A stretch of 62,088 nt of DNA, the filler included. It is 12 parts of 12 records of this genome, joined end to end, with 100 filler letters (N's around TTAATTAATTAA, not from the genome) between each part and the next. Parts side by side here need not be neighbours in the genome. Positions count along the whole stretch, not along the records: positions 50,207 to 55,113 come from SRR15195285_1251; positions 55,214 to 58,779 come from SRR15195285_1260; positions 58,880 to 62,088 come from SRR15195285_1273; 9 more parts are not named here. One strand, given 5' to 3'. A program made the translations under genes and the position numbers. Every line of letters starts with the position of its first letter. The first letter of the stretch is position 1. Of the stretch, positions 50,107-62,088 are shown one piece after another. A model generated the notes under the pieces. The model was not told where the DNA came from. It did no database searches and was given only the letters and a program-made list of their open reading frames with translations.

Positions 50107-50206
50107 NNNNNNNNNNNNNNNNNNNNNNNNNNNNNNNNNNNNNNNNNNNNTTAATTAATTAANNNNNNNNNNNNNNNNNNNNNNNNNNNNNNNNNNNNNN
50201 NNNNNN
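50107..50206. other. Artificial contig spacer 9
   Basis: Same 100-nt linker. Confidence 0.99.
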
Positions 50207-50546
50207 CCTACATTGGCGCCCTGGGCACTTCGTGTACCACACTACATGTACTAATGGTAGGTATACATATGTGACCGATCCGAACCTGGGCACTCGGCAA
50301 GTTGTTGACCGTACTCCTACTCGCGCGTGGTGTCGTGGACGGACTGGCAAGTTCGCGATCGCTCGCACGATCGCACTATGCACGCATAATTTTCCAATAT
50401 AATACGCGCTCATGCAACGAACGCGTGGTACATGCACCCGCCGCGCGCGTCAGTGAATACCAACTGATACACTCTCGCTCTACGTACGTCGACGTACGTA
50501 CCTCGCCGTCGGTGCTCGTGCTGGCACATCTATAGAGTGCAGATCT

Positions 50547-53500
50547 ATGCGAGCTCCATCCCTGGTAGCCGCTGGGCCTCTGGCCCTTGCAGCGGCAGCG
50601 GCAGCGGGGAGTGTACGTACTCCGTGTACACCCAATGCGCGAGCCGCCAAATACGTCCTTCCGTGCCTCTACAGCCTCCCTGTGTACATGTACGTAGTTT
50701 CCTGGGCCAGTCTCCAGCATTTCAATGAGCCACATGGCCTGGGTGCTGGGAGGACTTTGTCCACTCGCGCAATAAAATAATAACTGTTCACCAGGCCCGA
50801 TCTGTTTTGCATTAGAATGCTGTACTGTGTTGAGTGGTTGTCATTCGTCCTGGAGCAGGTCCCCCACGTCGTGGAGCGGGCAGCCGTGGCATGGTTCGAC
50901 GCGGACTGGCCGGCAGAGCTGGGGAGTATGCCGCTGGGTAATGGCGATGTGTCAGCCAATGGTGCGTGCGAATGCGTTCATGCAGAGCTTTTGGCGCTGT
51001 GCTGACTCGTAGACCCGCGGTGCCGTCGCTGACTATCAATATTTTGTGTGCGCGCGATTGGTTGGGGCTGTCGCGGGGGAGTGTGGGGGCAGTCTGGGTC
51101 GAACGCGACACCGGCGACCTGTTAGTCTACCTGGCTAAATCAGATGCGTTCGATATCAACGCCCTTCCGATAAAGGTCGGCAGGGTCCGCTGCTCGTTCT
51201 CTCCTCCGCTTTGGACACCAGAAACCAAACGAAACGGCACATGGACTCAGATCCTCATGGTAGCCAACGGCACGATCGCTATCCAGGACGAGCTCGGTTA
51301 CAGAGTGAGCGTGTTTGTAGATGCAAATGCACCAGTGCTTCGGATGACTGGCGACCATCCAGATGGTTTTGAGGTGCACGCCGCGTTGGAGCTAGTGTAC
51401 CCACCGTCAAACTGGTACCGGAACATGACGCGCTCCTACCACGATCTCTCGCGATTGCCAGACTCACCACTTGGTCCGTTCAATGCCTCTGCGCCCAACA
51501 CGAACCCAAACGGTTTCGGTGCATACTGTCTGGAGCGGTTCTTGGAGCCTGACACAGTTGTGGGATCTGCTGCACTGAAGGACATCGCTGCACTGCAGCA
51601 CAGTGTTGTGTGGTATCACCGAAACATCGATACGGCGCCAGCGCATGGCGTGCCCACTTACTACCGGAACGTCATGCAGACCCAAGGATTGGATCCAGAC
51701 GCGTTTCCCGACCCGCTATTAGGTCGCACGTTCGGCGCCAGTATGGCTGGAGGTGGATTTGCGAAGCTCGATGGAAGCGACGATGTCCTCACTGCATCTA
51801 GTGCACCAGGCAGTGCGCCCTTGGTACTTGAGGTCACACTGCAGACGGTCGAGGCGTGTCCAGACGAGGCTGCATTTTTGAAATCACTATCCGCAACGGT
51901 AACGTCAGAAGCAGCGCGAGGTTCGTTATCGAGGAAAGCTGCCGCTCACGACGGCGTGTGGGAGCAGCTGTGGAATCGTTCCCACGTTGATATCTCCGTC
52001 AGGACTCTGGGTCCAGACCAGCCAGTGTCACAGACTTCGCGACAAAAGCTTGTCGATCCGAGCAGTGTTGAGTCTGTGAACAATGCGTATGTATGGCAGC
52101 GTTACCTTGATCTGTGCGATGGACGGAACAGCTACGGCATAATCAAGTTCAACGGGCAGGCGTTCACGACAAGCCTCAACGGAACCCAGCAAGGCCACAA
52201 GCCTGGGATAGTATCCGCAGACTACCGCGACTGGGGCCCGGGGAACTGGATCCAAAACGCTCGGCAGCCGTACTATGCTGCGCTTTCTGCAGGCGATTCC
52301 GATGTGATCGTTGGGATGCTGCGGTACTTCAATCGCAGCCTACCAGTGGCTCGGGCACGTGTGAATGTGACGATGGGAATCGGTGGTGCATTCTGGCCTG
52401 AGACCTCTACATTGTTTGGGACCTATGACGCAGCGTTCTTGGGATACGGATGCAACGGCTCCACATCAGACGGATCCTTTGTTGCTGCAGAACCAGCACC
52501 GTATACAGTTGCTAGAGATAGCCGACACGGTGCGCCGCCTACGGTGCCCGCAGTTAATGGTTACACGCGTTTTTACACCTCCGGAAGTCTTGAAGTATGC
52601 TTGATTGGTCTGGAAGACTACTCTCGCTCAATGAACGAGGAGACGCTGAGGGAATTGACGCTCCCGATCTGCGATGCTGTTGTGGAGTTTTATAGGGAAA
52701 GATTCAACAACACGAATGCTTCAACGGGCAAGTTGGACCTGTTTCCGTCGCAGGTGATTGAGAGCTTCTGGTGTGGCAATGGTGGCGCAGGAACAAACGC
52801 GTGGGGTCACGTAGACGAGACAGGGAAGCTCCTACGACCATACTCTAGGAGCGAGTGCCCAACAAATGGAGTTCCAGATGTGGCAGGTCTGCGCGCGGTT
52901 CTACCAAAGCTACTGGCGTTGCCCAAAGATCTATTAGCAGATCGATACGCAGACAGTGCTGCCGCTTGGGCTGCATCACTCGAGCTCTTGCCTCCACTTG
53001 CGCTTGAAGAGTGCCATTGGGGACAGCAGACTCCACCAGATCGAACGGCATCCACAATGCGTCTGCACGCACGACAAGTGAACATGGGCTGTCGCAAGTG
53101 TGCACCGAATCACAACAAAACAAGCTGCTGGTGCAACGGCCATACTCCCTGCTATCCTCCAACCAACAAGAGCACCATTGTTGCCATCGCAGGAGATTAC
53201 ACTGGTATCCGCGAACACAACCACGAGAACCACGCGGCCTACTCAATTTGGCCCTTCCGTCAGTACGCCGTCGGCAAGCCAGACATTGACATCGGAGTCG
53301 CCACTTATAAGCATCGGCCGCACCCGTGTACTCACAACTGGTGTCAAGATGTTGCTGATGCTGCCGTGCTGGGCTTGGCAACGGATGCTGCCACTCAGAT
53401 CGTCGAGCGTGCTACAGCACCCCCACTGTCTTCTCGGGATGGTACGGTGCGCTTCCTGGGGTTCTCACAGCACTACGAAGACTATGCCCCTGCAGTTGAT

Positions 53501-54931
53501 CACTTGTCAATGATGCGAATTGCAGTGAATGAGATGCTACTTGGACAGCTGGATGACTCAGTGCAAACCATCACTGTGTTTCCTGGATGGCCCAGTGGCT
53601 GGAATGTAGACTTCAAACTCAAGGGGGCGCGCAACACGACCGTTGAGGCGGCCTGCACGGACGGTAAACTGACAAAGTTCATTGTCACTCCAGAGGCCAG
53701 GAAGGTAGATGTACAGGTTCACAATTGCAAAGCAGGCTGGCCACTCAAGAGCGATGATTCTTTGAGTCTCGTACATACGATACACAACTGTTCTGGCTCG
53801 AAACACTGTGACGGTCTATCTTATGTTGTGCAAGCACGCTCGTATCCGAGCTCGCCTAAAGATCTGGTGGCTACCATGAGGGGTGGCGGTGTCGCCGTGT
53901 GGCGATGGGCGTCTGAGCCACCGGACACCCTGCTGGGGCTTACTGCGCCTACGCTGGGGGTCCGTTCGTTTGTCTTGCCTGGTGTCCCTACGGAGGGACA
54001 GGACTCGCTTGGTAATCTGCTTGTGGTGGTTGAGCTGAATCATGGTATTATCACTCTGGACTGGCCATCGATGAAAGTACGAGGCCGAGTCAACATCTCT
54101 GTCTCGGGCGCGCTGCATTGTAAAATCTGGTTTCACGAACGCACAAATCGCACGTTTGCGGTGGTCACGACTGGTCTCACGCACGTTGAAGCTGATCGAA
54201 ACTATCTTGTGGCAGTCGAGGTGACCAATCGTGATTCTCCTCGAGAGGTTGCCAAGGTTGAAACGCCAGTGGTGGCCACCGAGGGAGTGCTAGTGGTCAG
54301 TGACCACGCATATGTTGGGGGCTACGTCCCCGACAACAAGTTCTCTTCCGTAGATCTTGCCGGATTGGTTAAGAATCCCGCAACTTTGCGCGTCATCTCA
54401 ACTGTAGGGCCAAGGCCAGAGTTTGATAACATGGTTGGGGCTTTGCAAAATAGCTCGTTTCGATCGGCCGAGAACGCCGTCGGTCGGCTCCCTTTGATGT
54501 TTTTTGGAAGTTATGCACGACCGGGTGGTCTCTTGATCTTTCAGTCGCATGCAGATGGCACTCTACAAGCAGAGCCGGTCGGCAAGCTGATCACGCAGGA
54601 CTCCTCACGTGCCAACCGTGTCCACATTCACCCGAGCAATGACTACGCGCTGCTTGCGCTGGAGAAGGGCGTGGCGGGGACGGACACCCCGCCGGTTGGT
54701 GAAACAGGCGGGCTGGCGGTTGTTGATATTCGGGATCCGGCAGCGCCCACGCTTGTGGCGCGGGCAGTGTCGCCAGAAACCGGGGGGCGGGTCTACACCG
54801 CCAGTTGGTCACCGTCGGGGCGGTTCCTCGTGTCGTTCTCGGCCCAGAATCGCAGTGCCTTCATATACTCTTTTGTGGACCGCGCGGAGACCCAGGCATT
54901 GGCAAGACATGTGCGTGCGGGCGGTCATTGA
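50547..54931 (+). CDS. Secreted DUF5703/GH95-like (alpha/alpha)6 glycoside hydrolase fused to a beta-propeller (LVIVD-like) module
   Basis: Signal-peptide-like exon 1. SMPLGNGDVSAN|VWVE..YLAKSDAFD via intron 50962-51092. IKFNG, DYRDWG..WIQNARQPY, GAFWPET, HENHAAYSIWPF, PGWPSGWNVDFKL. Second module has LVAVEVTN and GGLAVVDIRDPAAP. First-intron boundaries are uncertain. Confidence 0.8.
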
Positions 54932-55003
54932 ATCTCAGAGCGAGACTAACACGATGCCCCGAGTATGAATCTTAGAGCGAAACTAACACGATGGCCCCGA
55001 GTA
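54929..55003. repeat. 37/38-bp tandem duplication beginning at the stop codon
   Basis: tgaatctcagagcgagactaacacgatgccccgagta followed by tgaatcttagagcgaaactaacacgatggccccgagta. Confidence 0.9.
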
Positions 55004-55086
55004 TGGCTTTTCATGAAAACAATCACTTGCGTTTGCAATAGCAACGTGTAGTCGTGCACAACTGTACTAGATAAGTGTACTGATAG

Positions 55087-55113
55087 CTCTCTCTCTCTCT
55101 CTCTCTCTCTCTC
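55087..55113. repeat. (CT)n microsatellite at contig end
   Basis: About 13 CT units. Confidence 0.95.
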
Positions 55114-55213
55114 NNNNNNNNNNNNNNNNNNNNNNNNNNNNNNNNNNNNNNNNNNNNTTAATTAATTAANNNNNNNNNNNNNNNNNNNNNNNNNNNNNNN
55201 NNNNNNNNNNNNN
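55114..55213. other. Artificial contig spacer 10
   Basis: Same 100-nt linker. Confidence 0.99.
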
Positions 55214-55223
55214 CGCTACCTGC

Positions 55224-55263
55224 CGCTACACGATACCGTTTTTTAAAACGGTATCGTGTAGCG
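55224..55263. repeat. Perfect inverted repeat, 19-bp arms with 2-nt loop
   Basis: cgctacacgataccgtttt-tt-aaaacggtatcgtgtagcg. Confidence 0.95.
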
Positions 55264-55551
55264 CTAGCTGCGGCGCGCGCGCGGCCGCGCGGCCGCGGCT
55301 CTCGATGTAGACTACAAAAATGATAATCGACACGCGTGTGAAGGAATTGCGCATGCAGCCAGCGCGCGCGAGCCAAAAGCAGGCCTGGAGGCAGACCCTC
55401 TGAGTCGACTGACCGCCGCGGCGCGCCCCCGGCGCGCCGGCTGCCCCGCGGCGGCCGGCGAACCGTGCTCCGACGGCCGTTCCGGTTGTGGGTACTAGCT
55501 AGATCTAGTATACTGTATCTATAGAGAGGGAGTGGCTCCAGCGACAGGCAG

Positions 55552-57660
55552 ATGGTGACCACATCATCTCACATGAACAGCAGGGCAACTCACACCGCCC
55601 TGCCGGCGGCACTTCTGCTGTGCTCTGCGGCGATGCCTGCTGTGCTTTCAGCCGCACAAAACAGCGCGGCCCGCACTCCGCCCATGGGTACGTACAGGCG
55701 CCACACGAACAGGTGTTCCACCTCGCTTGCGACTTTGCCGGTCCACATCATCGCAGCTGTTCTCTGCACAATTTTGGCGCACTCACGCCCGTGTAGTGGC
55801 TAAGTGTGCATCTTTCTGGCTACCATGGCATCTTAGGTTGGCGAAGTTGGAACTTCTTTGCTTGCGAGATCGACGCAGGCGTGTTTGAGCGACAGGTCGA
55901 TGCCCTTGTGGACCGTTCGCGTACTGTCAACGGCAAGCCGACCAGCCTTGCGGACCTCGGATACAGTACGTTCGTCGGCTGCGCCACCGACTGCCCCTCT
56001 CGATTAGACGTGTGCGCGATGCTCCACCCACCCACCTGCTTATCGGGATCTATGCTTGTCGGTGTGTTGTCCTTGCCTGTGGAATGCATGCTGCCAGCGA
56101 CCGTCGGCATCGATGACTGTTGGCAGGACTGCATGTCATCAACATCGCTGAACGGATCATACCACACCGTCGACGGGAAGCCAATCGTCGACGAATCGCG
56201 ATTCCCTGGCGGTCTGCGACAGCTGACCGACAAGGCGGCGGCCAAAGGCATACAAATGGGGTGGTGTAAGTTTCAGGGTCGCATTATCCGTATTTGACTG
56301 GCAATTTTCAAAGCTCATGCTGGTATTCAACTGTATAGATGGAAACAATTGCCCGGAGACGAACGGCGTCGGCCGTGGGCCGAAGTACTGCTCCGAGCAC
56401 GGCAAACTACAGCACAATTGGCCAGCAGCGCTACGGGGCGATGTCGCGGCGTTGATTGCGTTCAATTTCTCCTCTGTAAAGCTGGATAATCCAGGTTGTG
56501 GTGCAGGGTCGGATATGCAAGCCTACTACGACCTTGTTCACGAGACTGCCCCACGACCAATCGTAATTGAGAATTGCCACTATAACACCAGCTTTCCGCA
56601 TTGGATTGACAAGCCTGGCGGCGAACTGGCATGCCCAATGTCAATGTTTCGCGTCTCGAACGATATCAAGGCAAACTGGGAGAGTATCATGTCGAACATT
56701 CACGCAACAATCCCCTATGCACATGCAGTGCATCCAATGTCATCTCCTGGCTGCTGGGCGTGAGTCAATCCAAGCTGCTTCCTCAGAGCGTCATGGTGGT
56801 TGATTGATCGGTCCGGATTCGTTTGGATGTGCACAATTTCACAGATATCCAGACATGCTTGAGGTTGGCGTGACGGGGCAGAATGGACACAGCGAAGGAG
56901 GTCTTAGCTATGCTGAGCAGCGGACTCACTTCGGATTGTGTGCGTCTCACTTGCCCTTGAGCGCTGCAAGCTTGCTTTGCTGAAACGATGGGCGGTCGTG
57001 TGATGTGTTTACGCACTGCTTTGCAGGGTGTGTAACTTCTAGTCCACTGACACTATCATTCGACCTGAGCAACACCACCGCGACTGCCGCCGCCTGGCCG
57101 ATCATCACAAACACAGACGCACTGGCAGTCTCGCAGTCTTACTATGGTACGGCATCTGCAATTGATAGATCCCGCCGCGCCGTCGCCGGGCTTGCCAGCG
57201 CGTAGGTAGACACTTCGCATTCTCGTACTGGAGCACTAGTTGGCGGGCAGGCAGAACGTGGGCAACGTGATGCGCTGTACTGCTGATTGCCTGCGTGTTT
57301 TGCGTACTGCATGGGATCTGGGTAGGTCACCCTGGCACTCTTGCTGACGAGGACAAAGACAATGCAGGAAAAGCATTCCAGGTTTGGGCGAAGCCGCAGG
57401 CACAGGGCGCGGTGGCGGTGCTGTTGGTCTCCCGTGCGCTGAGTCCACTGCCAGCAGCCCCGATAGACCTTTCGCTTAGGCTGAGCAACTTTGTCGACGC
57501 TGATGCGGTCGGAGTTGCGGGCGACGAAAGTGCCGAGGTGACTGTGCGAGACATCTGGCAGCAAAAGGATCTCGGTCAGCATAGCAGCAGTAGTGTCCTG
57601 CGATTTCCATCGGTTGCCGCACATGACAGCGTCTTCTTGCTCCTGACGCCTGCTGCGTAA
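55552..57660 (+). CDS. Secreted GH27 alpha-galactosidase / alpha-N-acetylgalactosaminidase, 7 exons
   Basis: Motifs RTPPMG|WRSWN, GIDDCWQ, RFP, VKLD (nucleophile), FRVSNDI (acid/base), YPDMLEVG, HFGLW|CVTSSPL, VRDIW. Introns 55688-55836, 55966-56097, 56266-56338, 56760-56844, 56940-57026 and 57147-57325. The start may be 55573. Confidence 0.92.
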
Positions 57661-57988
57661 ACGTGATGTGCATAATGCATCTTGTGTGAGCCTACTCTAG
57701 CCATGACTCTACACTGTCGTTCGGCAAGGCAAACGGCAATTGCGGACCGGCGATGCCCTCTACCGCGACCGCAACCGATTTGCGAATCCCGCATAGCCGT
57801 GGGGCTGAGGGCAGGAGCTGGGCTAGGTTGTGGAATAGCAATGCTCAGTTGTGTTCAGCGCACATGCACATGACAGTTTTCGCCCCGTCTGCTCCCTACT
57901 TCTTGAGGAGTCTATTCTAATTCGTGCGCGCCATGAGCTGGATTGCACATGTCCGTCAAGACTTTCGTCTGCCGGCGCCAAACCGCTG

Positions 57989-58696
57989 CTACTTTTTCGA
58001 AGCTATCTTCGAGCGCGAGAGATCCTCCTTTACCCAGTCGAAAACTCCTCGCAACCCGGCTTTGGTGCTCTCCACCGTCTGCGCGGTCGTCTGGGTGCGC
58101 ATGGACACAGAGCAGCACGCGGCGCGCGAGGGCTGGGTGAGGGCAAGCAGCTTGCCGGAATGTGTCGCGTTGGCAGCATGGCGTCGCGAGACGGGGTAGT
58201 CAACGCACCTCCGATCCCTTGATCTTCTCAGCCTTCGCGCTGGCCTCACTCATCACCTGCCCCCCTTTCTTTGCCGTTCTAAGAGCGAACTGCTGGAACG
58301 ACTTGTTCTCGGAGAGCGATTTGACGATCACCTGCGAGCAAGCATCAACAACCCGCGCCACTCCTCAGACCCTCCATGTCCCTCTGCCTTGGCCTTCTGT
58401 CTGGCCGTCGCCATGCCCTCTGCTCTCTGCCTCTCTAGCCCTATGCAGTGCTCTCTGTCTCTCTGTCTTCCTTCTCCGTTTCTCTGCCTCGAACGCCACC
58501 ATGTCCGCACATTTTCCAGCCTCTCTCTCTCTGCCCACTGCCTGTCTGGCTGGTGAACCCCCCCAAGCCGCCCCGCCCGCCCCACACCACCCCAGCCAGC
58601 CCACACCACCCCACCGCAGCGCATCAACCAGCCCAGCCCACCGCCACGCACCTCATTCGCCAGCCAGTTCGCCACCCGCGCAATGATGTGCGCCAT
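57989..58696 (-). CDS. Small 89-aa protein, NCBP2-AS2-like (3 exons)
   Basis: Exons 58696-58652, 58331-58209 and 58090-57989 give MAHIIARVANWLANE|VIVKSLSENKSFQQFALRT..GSE|TTAQ..ASKK. Both introns are phase 0, GTGCGT..CAG. The family resemblance is from memory. Confidence 0.65.
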
Positions 58697-58779
58697 CCCG
58701 CCGCCGGAGCAGCGCCGGAGCAGCGCAGCCAGTTCCTCACAGGCGAGGTCAGAAATACGCTAATATCAATACTGGTGTG

Positions 58780-58879
58780 NNNNNNNNNNNNNNNNNNNNN
58801 NNNNNNNNNNNNNNNNNNNNNNNTTAATTAATTAANNNNNNNNNNNNNNNNNNNNNNNNNNNNNNNNNNNNNNNNNNNN
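58780..58879. other. Artificial contig spacer 11
   Basis: Same 100-nt linker. Confidence 0.99.
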
Positions 58880-59273
58880 GCGCGTCTGCCTACTGACATT
58901 ACCTTGTATCTATAGTAGTAATATCTACCGTATAATGATTCGGGGCAGTTCAAACTTCAATGTGTTCATGAGCCTGTGCACCCAACGCACCACGCCAAGC
59001 GCCGGGATTTGATCAGATCAGGAAGGAGAAGAAGAAGGGCACAGCCTGGGGGTTGGATTCTTGTGGAGCCCATAGAACCCACTGCACAATGCAGCACCCT
59101 CCGCGCACCGCCCAAACCACTGTGTTTTCTAGCACAGCACTACCGATATCCTTATGGTTCCAGCGGTGGCTGTGGCCGGCATCCCGAGCCAGCAGCCTGT
59201 GAGACACTGTGACTTGAAAGGGCTAAGGGCAAGGGGCTGGGGGGCTGGTGGTAGGAGGGCTGAGGGGCTGGGT

Positions 59274-62045
<2,772 letters not shown>

Positions 62046-62064
62046 GTCAGCGTCCCACCTCTCA

Positions 62065-62088
62065 TGCTGCTGCTGCTGCTGCTGCTGC
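62065..62088. repeat. (TGC)n microsatellite, intronic
   Basis: About 8 TGC units at the window end. Confidence 0.9.

Noticed and set aside
50547-57660. Adjacent GH95-like and GH27 genes as a polysaccharide utilisation locus
   Set aside because: They lie on different contigs (spacer 55114-55213).
3922-58879. TTAATTAATTAA repeated 11 times inside N runs
   Set aside because: An identical 100-nt six-frame-stop linker used to concatenate contigs; not biological.

Overview
This window is not one locus. It is 12 short contigs (about 3-7.6 kb) from an intron-bearing eukaryote, joined by identical 100-nt artificial spacers (N44-TTAATTAATTAA-N44), so adjacency across spacers has no biological meaning. 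The inferred GT-AG introns, the standard genetic code and genes such as UGGT, VPS13 and ABCB point to a protist single-cell or metagenome assembly; the taxon cannot be fixed from this sequence. Gene models reconstructed by hand: a sterol-desaturase-family protein, two PhyH dioxygenases, a full-length ABCB transporter, a giant Cys-rich multi-TM receptor-like protein, a UBA+PH protein, a CNBD-family channel with an aberrant pore, UGGT, VPS13, a GAF+MORN protein, a D-aminoacylase, a PH-PH-SH3-LMBR1-like protein, a PHTF-like protein, two DUF5703/GH95-like hydrolases, a GH27 alpha-galactosidase, an 89-aa three-exon protein and LeuA. The most notable signals are: (1) a PLKSDD motif at the junction of two independent secreted modules, a candidate polyprotein processing site; (2) in-frame (Glu-Pro)n tracts in four unrelated proteins, each coinciding with an assembly break; (3) a channel lacking the K+ selectivity filter; (4) several unusual domain fusions; (5) palindrome-rich sequence upstream of genes. 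All family calls come from recognising motifs by eye; no searches were run.
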